NCBI RefSeq assembly: GCF_037042905.1
Contig: NC_087245.1
Location: forward strand, 37,326,001 to 37,390,000
Direction of reading: 5' to 3'
Source: Lytechinus pictus
Lineage: Eukaryota
DNA: 64,000 nt
The notes beneath the pieces are model-generated. The model saw nothing but the letters and a program-made list of their open reading frames with translations, ran no database searches and was not told the origin of the DNA. How positions within the stretch are numbered: the stretch's first letter is position 1; every line of letters starts with the position of its first letter. This document shows positions 26,527-41,298 of this stretch, one piece after another. Both the position numbers and the translations under genes were made by a program.

Positions 26527-29500
26527 TATGATGCATAAATCCAGAGCAGACATGAAAAAATAGAGTCCAACCAAACATAAGATTTATTTCTAAACCTTGT
26601 GTGGATTTAATTCAAAGTCACCACTTTAGATTTGAATATAAATCGTTAATGGATTAATCAACAAATACTTTTTGATTAAAAAAATCCAATGTTTAGCTGG
26701 TCGTTAATAAATATATATGTATTTCAAATCCTTGGAATATAAACATTGAATAATAGCCCTGTAACATCACTGTGGGACACATTGTGATGTAGAACAGTAC
26801 ATTTTGTACAATCTTGCACATGTATGCATCAACTTTAATACCCACGGCTTGGGACCCAAATTTACGTTCTACCACTGTAATAAAATAAATACAATTTTGA
26901 GGTCAACCAAATTTAAGCCACAAACAATCTTTTTCTTTTCAAACACAATTTCTTTTTAAATTGAAAACCATAAGCTATTTTGATGCTTCAGATAATAATC
27001 TCGATCGTATCACTTAAATCCCCTCATGTTATCCTATTCAGCTCAGTATCATCAATGCCCAAGAAACAAGAAATGCCTTTCTTTGTTATATATGGTAGAT
27101 GAGTTGGCATATCATTTTGAAAGTGAAAGTGAAAGTAAGGTAGTTAACTGCAGTTATAATGGAGAGTACTATTTTAAGATATTTCTAAAGTGTCATCCGC
27201 ACAATAATATCATAATTTTATCACATTTTTCAGCCTATCGTCGACTCCCCCAGTCTTCAGGTCTACGCATCTTCCCCCCATGAATACTAATGTTTGATCA
27301 AATCAAATGACATTCAAGCAACTGAATAATGCTGCACAGTACAGACAAAACGCTTTTCATCGGCATTTCCCCGGGTATCTAAATATAGTCCACTAAGATT
27401 GCCAGTAATGAATAGAGTATTCCAAATGAATACAATATCATCACCGATCTTCAATATAGCCATCTAAAAATGAATGACGTAAAAACCACTGTATCAAGAT
27501 TAATATGTCATCCTTCTTGATGCTTGAACGTCAAGAAACCATGGTGAACCAGATGGCAACTGGAAATTATCAATCAAATCATTCAGAAGAATTAAATTTG
27601 CAATCGGATTTGACAGTAGAAACAAATCTTGTTATAACTGATCTTTCAAAGGCAATATAAGAATGAAATGCTATAAAATTCATTAATTACTTGTATCAGC
27701 AATCAAAACGTTCTTTAAGTACTACCTCACCCCCCCCCCCATCAAAAGAAATGATTTCTTGCAAGAAGGGCTTTCATGTGTACCCAAACCCCTTTCATAG
27801 AGATGACAAACAAAGCTTGCCAGAACATTAGTTAAAAGATATTTCAGAATTATACATTAAAATGATATATTTTTTTTAAATGAGGAAACCAGAAGAAAGA
27901 AATGTGGCAGAAGAGCTAAGAGGGGAATGAAGGTGGAAAATGCACATCTCATAAAGGTTGGAATATTTTGGGCCGTTTCACAAAGAGCTTAAAAACAATG
28001 ATCGCAACTTTGTCATTATGATAACTACCTGTATATGGTTCAGCAGCCTATATCACAATCAAGGTTTCCATGGCAAAGTTACAATAGTTGGAAACCTTTA
28101 TGAAACCAGCACTAGGTCTTCTACGGATGGTGTTGGAGACTCTTCTTACCATACCAGATTCCTTCATGAATACATTAAAGGTTCGTGAGCAGAAACAGGT
28201 CGGGTGCACTGCTCTTGTAGTAGATATACAGAGATCTCTCCAAAGGGGTATTATTGTTTCCAAGCCTGAATCTGAGCCTCTTAAATTCCCAAAGCTTTGC
28301 GTTAATGACATTTTATCATATATATCAGGTTTTTTCCTTTGCATCGGGTGAATCTGTCCATATTGACTACCTGGGGTGATGATTGGTGTATATAATGGAA
28401 GCATCAGACATTTTATTACTCCAGTGTCATCACAACACCTTTACTTTTACACTTTTGGTATTATGTTCAATCTCTAGGGTGTGATTTTAACACACTGGTG
28501 TCACTGATGACACCTCAGTTTTATTAGTATGATGTCGTAATCTAAGGTAGATTGTAAAGAAGTGTGATTAATGGTTTTTGCTATTTCGAAAGTCGGAAGA
28601 CACTCAGGGACGCTAGACAGGGCTGACAATGCAAACAAAACCTTTGACACAAGTCAAGTCGATTCAAGAGAGACGATTAAAGCCGACAATGCATACGAGG
28701 CCACTGAGGATTGTGGGTAAGGAGAGCGTCAAAGCCCCCAAGAGTTGATGAAAGGATCTTGAAGGCACAGCTGACATCTAAACCGATTCAAGTCCATGCT
28801 AGTTACATTCAAACCAAAAACAGAGTAGCGGGAGTAGCATAATTGAATATGGATGAGAGAATGTTTGTCTCATCTGAATGTCACTCATGGCTCCCATTAC
28901 AAGAAAACTGCTTTCTCAACAACAACAACAAATGCATAAAACTTTTATCAAGGATATTGGAATGGTATTGTACGACAGTTGTGAAAAGCTAACAGTATTG
29001 AGCACTGTAAATCAATAGATCAGCCCTAACAGAGGATGAAGCCTGTATTTTGGAGAAACAAGGTCGCTGATGAAAACCTACTCCCAGAGACTTTTAGTAC
29101 AGGTGACTCAGGCTGAGGCCAAGGCCGGCAAAACTTGGCCTTGAGGCCGGCCTTGACTACATCCTGAAAGGAACCTAGCAAATAATGAAATCCTTATACA
29201 TTTTTTTTTAAGATGTACCTTTCAGGTCATTCATCAACTATTCTATCTGCTAAACATTTGTCTTAAAAAGAATCATTAATTACAAACAAACTTTACAATA
29301 AAACCTTTGGGGTATTATACCTGCAATTAAGACATTTTTCCTTAAAAATATATAAAGATGAATTTCTGATCAGTTCTGAATGGAATTTTGGGGGAATATA
29401 CTAGACAAGTTTGATCAAGATGTCTGGGTGATGTTTTTGCGCTCTAGAGGGATCCTTCTGGGTCATGTATCTTCTGTGTCGTGTTTGTCGATATCACCTA

Positions 29501-31126
29501 TCTCCTGGCTACTCTAGAGGACAGCAGCCCTGAGGAGTCGGCTCCCTGGAGGTTCCCTTAACGGGTAAACGATCGATCACCACCGGAAGGTGTGAGGAGA
29601 GAATTCAAGCTTTAAGTGCTTGTATCAACTCCCGACCTTACCCTTTTACCTCCTTTCTACACAAGAGCGAGTGGGATTGGTTAAAAAGCAGAGCAACCTG
29701 GATTTATTAAGTCATGCTTCACAAAGAGCAGCTAAAACTAGACATTCCACCTTTTATCTCCATCATCAAACTTCCATTTCTTTCTTTTCTAAATCTAAAT
29801 GCTACATCCCTCCTCTTCCTCTCATGTGTTTACCTTTCTTCTATCATTCTTTCTTTCAGTTTACATCATTCACCATACTTTTCTTCCTTTTCTGGCCTCC
29901 GCACTTTTTCCAGTGTTTTTGGCGTTGGAAATAGGGTTGACCACGTAAAGCCTCCGTAAAGCTAAATACATATTTAACCTCGATTGTTTTGCATTCCGCC
30001 TGAAGGCTGATGGGTTTGTGCACTTGAGACCACCATACTTTACTCAACTCAGATCCAGGTCATGTTCAAATCTTCGCCGTTTGTTTCTCGATATGGCCAC
30101 CTTCATGAATCACTGCCTGCTCAAGATAATTTCAAATTATTCAGCGGTGGGTGTGCATATTTTTTCTCACGCTCTCAATTATAAACACTGTACAAACCCT
30201 GTTGAAGCACGTCGATAATGCCCATTTTCTCGCTCTAAAATCTCGCTTTGAAATGTCAAGCACGTTGATTAAGCCCATCACTTCAACGATTATCGTTTTA
30301 AATTTCAAACAAATTGTTTACAGTTTTAAACAAGAAGCTTAAAGATGTAAACAATATCAAAATGTTTAAACAATTTTTTGAAGTTTAAACAACTTATCAG
30401 AGTGACAGGCTTACACAACATGCTTCAACTTTTAAACAGTGTTTTTTACAGTGAAGTGCATATATACACTCTGGTTCTACCTCCCTTCCCTCTTCTCCCT
30501 TTGTCTTCCCTCTCCCTCTTCCTACCTTCTCTCGTCCTTTCCCCTATTCTCCGTTCTCTCCTCTCTTTATCAATCAAATCATTTTCATGATGCCTATCAA
30601 AGGCATTTGTTAACATTGATCTGACTTTTAAAAATCTCAGCTTTACCTGTATTTGCGATATGTTGTAAAACTAAAGCCCTGAATAACTTACTCCTCAAAA
30701 TCAATATTCAGTCCTTTAAAAGCAAGAAAAAAAAATTGACCATAACAATCCAAATTTCATCCCATATACTAACATGCGTCATAACCATCTCCCAAGGATA
30801 TTGTTGAAATGATGATTTTTTTTCAATTACAGATATCTTTTTAAGTGTCAGCACGTATTTGTCTTTCCTGGGTGATTTTCTTTATCCATAGAACACATCC
30901 ATACAACACACACCAAATTTTAGGATTCGTTTTTAATATGAACATTTTAGGATTCTTTTTTTTATATGACTTTAATTGATTGATAACCAATGACTGCAAG
31001 ATTCCAGCATTGAATGAGCAAAACCAGAACACCCAGTCATTTAGTTCCATTTTGTTTATTTCCATGTTACCATTCAAATCAGCATCACATATCCAATACA
31101 TTTCTGAATTCTATGATTTTGAGGTA

Positions 31127-31200
31127 ACTTACCAGACAATGTCATTTCATTCAAAGTGAGTAAATATCTTACCTGTAAAGACAAAAGAGAGAAGACAAAA
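31127..31200 (-). other. Candidate recursive splice site (AG|GT) with a 40-nt RS-exon (31133-31172) and downstream donor
   Basis: Minus strand reads TTTTGTCTTCTCTCTTTTGTCTTTACAG|GTAAGATATTTACTCACTTTGAATGAAATGACATTGTCTG|GTAAGT. There is no other AG for about 68 nt upstream of the acceptor. Confidence 0.55.
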
Positions 31201-31853
31201 ATATCAAAAATTGGTTTGGTGAAATTTGACAATTCAAGCATGGCTCTACTTTGAGTTTTCTTCATCACTTTCTACAACTATCATAAACTCTACAATTATT
31301 ACTATTATCAACTTTCTACAATCACTATCACATAAATATGTAAGATTCTTAATAATTATAAGCAAATATTTCTGTATCTTGATATTTTCAATATTTTCTT
31401 TCACTAGTTTCCAGCAGCAGATTCACGAGTTATTATATTCTCAATTATAGGCCTTGGTTTTGCTTTCACAGAGATCAGGCCTATACACATACAAATAACT
31501 CCTTTCACAATGGTGGCATCTGAAATCTTAAGAAAACTGAAATTATTGTGAAAAAAAAAACACCAATTCATGACATAGTGATACAAGGCCGGGTTATATT
31601 GAAGCTTCGTTTTGCTAACGGACAAGATTTGTTAAAAAGTGGAAATTTATTGAATCTCAGATGCCATAGACATCACTTTACGAGAGATCTATTTCTATGT
31701 ATAATTCAAGACTGCAGACTATATTTCTTCAATATCTTCATCTGCCATTCCAAGACATGGCCTTTATGATTATGATCTCCTCAGTGGCGATGTAAACGCA
31801 CCAAGGAATGGATAATAGATTCCCTCAAGGGATGCTCCTAGCAATCCATATTA

Positions 31854-32521
31854 TACCCATTTCATATTGCGCTTTTCACCGGCGAACTTCACCGGCGAAG
31901 TTCGCCAGCGAAGGGGAAAGTGTCCAGTATGAAAGGTACACAGGAGAACTTCACCGGTGAAGTTCGCCGGCGAACTTCTCCACCTCTAGAGGTGGAGAAC
32001 TTCGCCGGTGAAACTGTTTCACCGGCGAAGTTCGCCGGTGAAAAGGCCAGTATGAAAGCAAACCGGAGAACTTCTCCTCTTTAATGACGTCAGAGGTCAA
32101 TTTTTTTCTCTCCCGAAGTCCCCTGTACCGAGATTCCGCGCGCGATAAGTTGCAAGCTCAGCTGAATGCTATGGCCAAGTAGATACCCTCGAACATAATT
32201 TTTTTTTTATAACAATATTTATTAAAAAGCACTTTTTACATGTATAAAATGCGCTAAAATATAAAAACAAGGTGATATTGTTTGTTTTTCTCGTAATACT
32301 TCCAAAATATGTTGTAATTAATTTTTTTTATACCTTTTTGTAATAGGTAAGAAGTAATGTTTACAATTGTCTTTCGTTTTGTTCTGCAATTGCCCGTTGA
32401 CTTTCGCCGGGGAAGAAATGGCAGTGCGAAAGGGTACATTTTTTTCTTCGCCGGGGAAGTGAGGAATGCGAGGCGGAGAAGTTCGCCGGTGAAAAATGAA
32501 GAGGGCAGTATGAAAGGGGTA
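31854..32521. mobile_element. MITE with TACCC...GGGTA termini and TWA flanks (PIF/Harbinger-like)
   Basis: TTA|TACCCATTTCATATTGC...GCAGTATGAAAGGGGTA|TAA. Many internal palindromic copies of GAACTTC(A/G)CCGG(C/T)GAAGTTC. Termini are related to 13716-14111. Confidence 0.8.
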
Positions 32522-33306
32522 TAAAATGCTCATCATATTGATGTCTAGATGATAGGCACTGACACTGCAATATGAGAAAGGGGGATGCAAAGACTCTATA
32601 TGCTAAGACAGTGCACAGAGCGTAAGATGGTAGTACGGTGCAGTGTCAGGTGGCATAGGGGGTAGCATCAGGATGAATTGATTGACAGCGTAAATGGAGG
32701 GGGGGAGGGATTGATGAGGACGTGTTGGTGCACCGTATGACAAACATGATATGCGTTACTTTTGGGGAATTAACCCTGAAACGGATGCCTGCAGCATTTA
32801 AAGTGCTCTGCAGAGCACAGTTTCAAAGAGCAAAACCTTCGGGCGATTCTGGGAATTTGGTGATGAACACATGAGGTGATTCTCCATCAGTCTGAGTCTA
32901 CAACATCTCACGATTCTATTCCGATTAGCCCTTGAAAAGAGAGAAGTCTTCAGACCTAAGAAACCCGTCTTCATCAGCATGAGTTGGAGAAACCTTGCTC
33001 CATCATGGTATGAAACCTTGCACGATGAAGCATTTTTTTTAATAGCTTGCAATCGGTAATGTCATGAATAAATTTATAAATGAACGAAAACCTGAGTGGA
33101 TCCTTCTTGCAAAATTAGCTGGATATTAATATAACGTATAAATTATGATAATAATAATACACATTAATATAACGCAATGTTTCTAAGCGCTGCATACCAA
33201 TACCCCGCTATTTTACAGATAATCTGAAGATTGAAGATTGTGACCCAAGATCTTATCCTACAGCTGAAACTCATGTAAGAGCCCCCCAATTGTTTCACAA
33301 TTACAT

Positions 33307-33575
33307 ATAATAATATGCAACATTTATATAGCGCTTAATACAAATGTTTATAATCCCTGCATACTATTACCCCGGCTTCAGCACGGCTACCCTGATCGGG
33401 CGCATCGAGCATTCAAGGAATTCCTTCCTACCGGGTGCCCACTTACTACACCTGGGTCGATAGTGGTAAATGTAGATTAACGCCTTGCCAAAGGACGCTA
33501 GTGCTGCGGTGGAATTTGAACCCCGGACCTTGTGGTTCACAGTCCGGAGACTTATCCACTGAGCCACAACACCTC
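33307..33575 (-). mobile_element. tRNA-derived SINE
   Basis: Minus strand has TGGCTCAGTGG (A box), GGTTCAAATTCC (B box), body GTCCTTTGGCAAGGCGTTAATC...GACCCAGGTG and tail AAGCGCTATATAAATGTTGCATATTATTA. Homologous to 60922-61268. Confidence 0.8.
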
Positions 33576-36500
33576 TCTACATATCTCAAGATTGTTCAGA
33601 TTGGGATAGTTCATTGGAAGGAAACTCTGGTTGATCTAGACACACCTACTGCGTGCACTATACCGAGAGGGCAGTGAGAACTGCTCTGTTGGTCAACAAG
33701 AAGTGTACTCGTCCTTGAAGAAGCATGAACCCTCTGCTCCTCTGCGATGTCCCAACTGCCCAGTAGAGGGTACGCAGTTCAACACAAGTGAACATGCATG
33801 ACTAGATCGAGGCGCTATGACGTCTCTCAAACAATTGTGCTTTGGGGTCAATACAAACACGGTAAGGCAACCTTGGGAAAGGGATTGATAGGCATGGAAT
33901 AGTTGGAACCTGTGCTCATTTAATACACATTTCAATGAAAAAACGATACATGGTGGATATGTACGGATTATTTTGTTTGTTTGTTTGATTGGCTAAAGTT
34001 TGCACAGATATGAAATGATATATGTACAGAAGGACAAAACTCAAAGCCACAAGCCCTCGGTTAGAGAAAACGCACTAAACTTGTTTGAATTCAAAGCCTA
34101 ATGGGGACTGAATAAAATTGTGTAATATTATGACCAGATGAAACTTGATAGAGCAGTGTTAGAACTTATGCTTGCCTTTTTCAGGATCCATTTTTTTTTC
34201 TCCAAATCAGAATCGGAGCCTGTGCCTGCTGACTAGCAAAATATGTTTGTATCTAATAGTATCTATTTCATTCATAGGACACCGACATATTCTTCAGTAC
34301 AGATTCATCTCCTTAAAAACTCTACACATTTTAGAACTATTAATTAATTAAAGGAAAACACAGGATTTTACCAATTAGTAAAGCGGTCAATACGCCTTTT
34401 GCCTAATGTTCCTCCAAACGCGATTGCATTTTGCCGTCAAATCTCCAAGTACTAATGCGGCGATTGAAATTTAATCCTTTTAACTGTCTTTAACATCTCT
34501 AATCGTACGATCCTACAAACTATATTTTCTTCCTTATCATTAAACTTGTTTCATCGCTTCAGGAAAGGCAATTATGAAGCTGTATCATCGGTTTACTGAC
34601 ATCTAATCAATCAAACCGAATACAACTCTTCAGATCAGTATGCTAGTCTGAATACTGAAACCACAAAATTGATCCAAAATTGCATTTCTATGGAACTTTT
34701 CATATCGACAAGACTCCATTCCACGCTTTTAATAAAAGTGTCATCTTTTATAAGAACATCCTGTCAAAATTTTGCGGAGGATGACCATGTTTGCTCGTTA
34801 GTGGGCTTGGAAGTTTTTATGATGATCGAGGGGATTTTAAATGGAGGGAAAGTTACAGCTTTTAGTAATAAAAAAAAGGTACTCAATTATTAGTAAGATT
34901 ATCAGATGGGGCAGAAAGTTATTAAAGTTATTTGATTAAAATCAAATAAAAAATATTTATGCCTATCTATGAAAAAATCAGGATCTCAAAATGAAGTAAC
35001 ATAGGGCCTTTTCACATGTGAATCTTGAATCATCATTGTAATGATGATTGCAATTCGTCTTTAGAATCATCGGACCTTTCACAAACTCACTCGAAAACTG
35101 TGATTTGAACTCGAATTCCCAAGCGACGGCTGTATGTGTCCCTGGTGACTTGTCAATCAAAGCACTGCATCGCAAATACAAACTACAATGAATGCATGAC
35201 AATTGTATTATCTACGGAAGTGCTTAAAAGGTCACGTAAGCTCCGCCCCCAAAAGATGTTTTTGAGGTCAAGCCTTTCAGTTTCACACTAAAAAAACTTA
35301 ACTGGAATTCACCTCCGGAGTAGAATTTGAATTCGTGATTGTGATTAGCATTCATGATTCTAATCATGTTCTAGTTTGGTTTTACACATGCTAAAAATTC
35401 ATCATTCATTAGTCTTATTTTTCACTGGAATCATCATTCAAATTACGATTTTTTTTTACCGTGTGAAAGGGCGGATAGTTAAAAAGAACAATCAATCTTA
35501 TGACATAAAATTTTTGAGTGAATACCTATCAGCAACACTAGTATAGACTTATTTATGAGATATGTGAGATATCACGCCGACAGTTTCTAATATGAAAAAA
35601 AAAATGTTTTACAAAGATACATGCTTTACATTAAGAATGTTTTATAATCTCCCAGATTAGATCCAATACATTATGGATAATGCAAATTTAAATGAGCAGC
35701 AAGTAGAACCAGGGGGAGGGGGGGAGTAAACCATGCAGGTATAGCACTTAAATGTATAGCAGATTCGGCTGAAGCTGCCGATGAGAATCTAATAGGCGTG
35801 ACATTCAGGGACAATATTTTTAATAGTAAAGCATGTAATGAGGACAGTCTACCACCCCATCAGGGGGAAAACAGCCTAAATGTGGTTACAAAAGGTTAAT
35901 TTGATACGAAGAACTGTATAGATACAACAACCAACCTCACTTACTTTCATAAAGATAAGAAAAGAGACTTTCTTGTAATTCAAATAGCCCCATATAAATC
36001 CAATTCACAGCGAAAACAGCTAGGAGGGCTGTTCCAAAAGGGGAGGTAAAACAAAATGTTTTTTCCCCCCAATAGAGATGTCAAATGACAACTATCGCAA
36101 GGGTAGACTAAAAGGGAGATGATACTGCAAAAAACAATCGAGTTACACTCAGGCTTTTGGCTGTTTGTATAAATCGACTGACGTCCCGTCCCCTACGTTG
36201 TGTCTACCCCAGCTGTCGCCATCGAGCATCGTCGTCATCGGCAACCCGAACTCTTGATACTATCGATAAGTGTTAAGGGTTTATATAGACAATAACAGCC
36301 TCGGTAAAAGGACTGGACCAACAAGTGTTTACTTTGACCTACATTTAGACCAACATCATCTTTATATATCAACAAGCCCAAACATTAGGATTTGAGAAAA
36401 CATTTACAGAAAATACAAATGACATCACAATATGGATTGCAAATTTACTTCAATTTGTATTATTTGAATGGATACTTTATCAAAGTTTACCCCCAAATCA

Positions 36501-37379
36501 CACATATAGAAAAAAAAATCACAATTAATATTTGAAACAAATTCAACGATAATTTCGGAAAAGTTGCAAGAAAGGACGAGTTGTTGCTGAAGATGAATGA
36601 GTGGAAAGAATAACCAAATAATGAAATGTATTGATCTTCCACGCATAATATATTGCTTCAAAGTCAAATTTCTCCATCATATTGGTTTAGCAAATGAGTA
36701 CAAACCATTTCATAAATAAGGAAAAGAGTAATGTAAGGTACTTATTTAGTAGGATGTGTGTCTCTATTGGTAAATCTAAATGATGATGCAAAAAATAAAC
36801 AATTAAATAGTTTGCAGTGAAATTCCTACCCCCCAATAATTACAAATTATTTTCAATGCATCTGAGAAAGAAATATGTATATCTATAAAGAGAGTATGTA
36901 TCAGTCAGGGGAAAAAGTAATAAAAGGAATATCACTGCTGCTTGTTGCTTTTCATCATACGAACAAGGCGGGGGGGGGGGGGGGCTTAACAGATTTGCTG
37001 ATTTAAGGCAACGCATATAATGAATGTAAAAAGGCGTGTATAGTTTCTTCTCAAGCTGCAGCCCAATGTACGAGCTCGAACGAAGGATGGATTCAAAGTG
37101 GGGAAGATAGCCAAAACAACAATTGTAAGTGATAGGTGCATCGTCGTTGAGTGTGAGACTAACCATCGGCTGACCCCCCACGTTCCGTATCGGTTTTGCT
37201 CATTTATAGGAACTCCTGAGGCTACCGTAGAAAGGTGAGGCAGGTTGGGAGTAAACAGGTGGCGAGTACGGCGGAGGAGTGAAAACATGCTACTGAGAGA
37301 GAATACAACTCAATGAAACCTGTTGAAAGGATGTTACAAAGAATTAGGAATGCACCAAAATAAATGCTGTGGGACTAGC

Positions 37380-37691
37380 AGATTAAATTCCTGGAGAATA
37401 AAAAAAGGGAAATTCCATGAATATTCAAAGACTCTATGCTGACTATTTTCTTTATATTTGACAATGTTATTGGGTTCATTTTTTTGGTTATGGAACAGGT
37501 TTCATTGAGAGCTAGTATATGTTTAATAGACCATGGTTATAGATTATATCTTTGTGTGCATTCCAGCTCTGATATCGATCTTAAAATGAAATTCAAACAG
37601 AATCAAATAATAAAAATCATGATCCAAATGATTCTTGAATGGCAAAAATGTCATTGTTAGGAATTTTTCTAATTTTCCAGGAATTCAATCT
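37380..37691. mobile_element. Degenerate inverted-repeat element
   Basis: AGATTAAATTCCTGGAGAAT versus right-end reverse complement AGATTGAATTCCTGGAAAAT. TSD not resolved. Confidence 0.4.
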
Positions 37692-37769
37692 ATGAATCTT
37701 ATTTTATCCATTCCTTGAGCTGCATTCACTGTATATACTCCAGTATAATAACATAATCATGTTAAACAA

Positions 37770-37841
37770 GGCCTGCTTGGAGAACAGTTTTCGGAACTGA
37801 AGTGGCTACCCTGGGTGAAATATGACATTGTTATTATTATT
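37770..37841 (+). mobile_element. 5'-truncated retroposon 3' end
   Basis: GGAGAACAGTTTTCGGAACTGAAGTGGCTACCCTGGGT followed by a (TTA)n tail. The same string occurs at 57147-57184. Confidence 0.7.
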
Positions 37842-39279
37842 AGTGCGTTTACTATCTACAGATTTTTATCAAGTGATTTGAGTTTTGGGTGGAAAATGAA
37901 GCGAGAATGACCGCAGTATTGCATCTTATTTCACTCCTTTTGCTTTGACAGCGGACGTAATCAATTGCTTTTTGATCAATAACAAACTTCAATAAGGCAC
38001 TCTTCAACATCAAAATAACCGTTTAATTGGTAATACTATCTCTGTTCTTTTCTGTTCAACAAGAGAATAGGACCCGGGTATGCCAAGATAGAACGGGATA
38101 GGTTTGATTTTGATAAACAGAGTTATAAGGTTACAGCTGAACTTTCGGCGAGCAAGAATTAGTCATGACCAGTGACGCACAAACAAGGACAATTCTTAGG
38201 TTTGAATGACTCGTAATAGAATTAGTAGAAATACAGTCGCAGAATGATCTCATAAAGAAATTACCACAGAAACGAAAGAAGAATGTGCTCTCAATTCAAA
38301 TATTATTTTTATTTCATTCTATTTCACCCTAAATTCCTAAAAATATAAATTAGTGCACACATCTACCTCTCTTTAAAAATGTGAAGTGCATGAATCACCA
38401 AAGAAGTCCTATGTTAAAATCATAAGGACGGCATAAAGAGTAATTTTTATTTGCAAGATACATTATAATATATGCATATAAAAAAAATCATACTATATCA
38501 CTTTTATTTGTTTCCCTAATCATTCTTCAGCTCCACTATAGTTATGCCCCGTAAATCAAAATCAACAATTCTTTTGGCAAACATAGTATTAAGGCTACAG
38601 TCCACAAAAGTGTAATCTATTTGCAAATGATGTAAGTATTTCCTACCTCCACCAATCACTTTTCTGTCAAACTCAAAAAGTTTATTTGACATACTACATA
38701 GATTTGAAAAATTGCAATTTGTCTGAGAGTGGTCATGATTTTTTTTCTTCTCAATTATCATTACAGTCATATTTTACATATATTTGCAATTCCTGGGAAA
38801 TTCCTGCCAATTTTAAAACAATTCCCACAAAACATGCCATGACTGGGAATTTATTAAAGACATCATACAAGTTTGGTGGCATTTTTTTTACCTTGAAATA
38901 TGAATAAAATCCATGGTTTTAGAATTCTTTGCATGACTAGGAAATTGGGTGTGAAATAATATCTCTGGCTACAACAACAGAAAGACAATATTCATTTTCC
39001 AATCTACTATAGTACCCCATGCCATAATAATGGAATCAAATTTTTTCTTAAGTAAGCTATCATCAAAATTTTAAAAATGTAAAGGACATTATCTGAACCT
39101 GTATTGTACTGTTTAGCTATCTAAAGTAGATTTGAAGTAATCGATGCACACATAGAGAGGAGCATTTAGTGTAAAAGAAAGAACTTGCCTTGGTCATGTT
39201 ACCTAAGACTTACAAGTCCTATTGTCTTTATGATAAGGAGTAAAGATGGAAATATGAAATGATTATCAATGTCGTGGGA

Positions 39280-39560
39280 GAGAAAATCAGGGAGACAGAA
39301 CAGAGAATGTGTGGAGAGTGGGGGGGGTGTAAGAGAGAATGAGAGAAGGGGGTAGACAGAGAGGGGGAGGGGAAAAAAGGGAGAGAGAAAATAAAAGTTA
39401 AGGGGAGAGAGACCATAATAGTTAAGGGGAGAGGGACGGACAGAGATAGAGAAAGGGAGGGGGAGATATATACGGGTACATGTAGGTGGAGGGGAGACAA
39501 ACTTAGAGAGAGAGAAGGGGATGGATGGAGAAAAAAAAGGGAGTTAAATGGAAAGGGAAG
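39280..39560. repeat. GA-rich low-complexity tract
   Basis: Polypurine sequence. Similar CT/GA tracts occur at 10558-10620, 21875-21960, 42045-42240 and 50420-50545. Confidence 0.75.
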
Positions 39561-41298
39561 ATACATAAGTCGGATGATCTGTTAGCATAAGAAAGGGAAA
39601 TGGGTGTGCCCTTATACAGAAATGATTTCAAGTCTTGAGTTACTCTATAGAGATATAAGGTTACACTTGCTCGTAGCTTTTCCTTTTAACACTACCATAG
39701 CCTTTGGTTTGAACTTCATTCTTTGCATCTTTTCTGCGAAGTACCCTCTTCTCGCATCTTTGCACCTGGCATAGGTCTTTGATTTATCTCTCTCTTGCTA
39801 AAGATCGGTTTCATGTTTCCCCCGAGATCACATTTAAAGGTTGATGTCATCGATGATAGATAAATTGAGGATATATTACAGTCAAAACGCTATATTATTT
39901 AAATTAATAGACACAAAAATAAACAGCAAGACATCAAATAATATTCAAACTTTTAAAAACAGCCAATGGGCAAGGGTATGTAATAAATGCCATTCAAAAA
40001 TTAGATGTTACTTGTAAGCTCATTCGTTCACAATAGTGTATTGGCTGGAAAGCTAATTATCCTTCAGGGTCATGCAGCATGTTTGATAAACTCAATGCAA
40101 AATGCTCCCCCCCCCCAAAAGAAAAAAAAAAAAATCAATCAACTCAATATCTATTGTTACGATTGGTGTACATTATAATGGAGACACATTGGAAGACCTG
40201 CTGGTTTCGATATAAGAGAGGCTAGTAATTGATCAAAAATGGTTCTCTATCAATTTCTGGGTAATCTCAAAAATTACTTCAAAAGTCTTTTGGTTTAGAG
40301 AATAATAGTCTAATCAACATTAGAAGATAAAAAAATTAATGTAAGATCATCTTGACGGAAATTAAAAGTATACAATTTTATGTTCAATGCTAGTTTTTAT
40401 GGGCACGCACAAGAGAATATCATGGGAAATCATATCGAGTCTAACCATCTCTTGGCCAAATCTCTCAGGAGAAATTTTCTTTTACTGTTTTTTTTTTCAT
40501 GAATGATTATCCTACTTGAGAGACCATTTTATCAAGTTATTATAAAGATATTAAAGATGAAGTTGAACATTCCTTATGAACGAAACTTGTCTTAAAGGGA
40601 TCGTTTATTTAACATGTTCAATGCACTGAACTAATATTTGATGTAAGGTGAAGGAATCATCCACATTGACCAACAATACTTTGCAGTCAATCCTCGAAGC
40701 TTCCTGCTCCAATATTTTCTTAAATTACAGAAAATATAATACTTAAAATTAAAAATAATATTTGAAATCCTTCCTATAATCGAATAATCTCGTTAGTACT
40801 AAAAATATAATCATTTTCAAGCATTTTAAAATTGAAATTCAATCATAGACGTAACACAAAGTGAGGATACTTTAGATATCAGCTATCACTAAACTATTTT
40901 TAAAATGCAGGTTTTAAAGAAAAGGAAAGAACAGCAACACCCACACAAAAACACTATTTTGAGATAAAAGATGAAATAACACGTTTTAATTCCTGTCATT
41001 CGATATGTTGTGTCTGGAATATCATCACAGAACAAAGGTTTGATTCAACAGATAAAAAGTCTTGAAGTGAAGACGGAGAGGCATTCTAAAAATAATCTAA
41101 ATGTGTTTCATTTCAATAAAAGTATAAAAACAGAACGAATCACTTTTTTCTAATTTTTTTTTGCATGAGGCGCTTGGGCAACACTCATGAAAAAAAATGG
41201 GAATACTTATTGTTTGATCTAATGGCCTAACACATTATGTAATTCAGAGTGATCTTTTACAAACTGGGCTCCAATGACTCTAAAAAACTGACCTTTAA

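Noticed and set aside
29410..30260. Possible retroelement 5' region or decayed ORF
   Set aside because: GC-richer patches are suggestive, but I found no LTR, PBS, TIR or protein motif to support a call.
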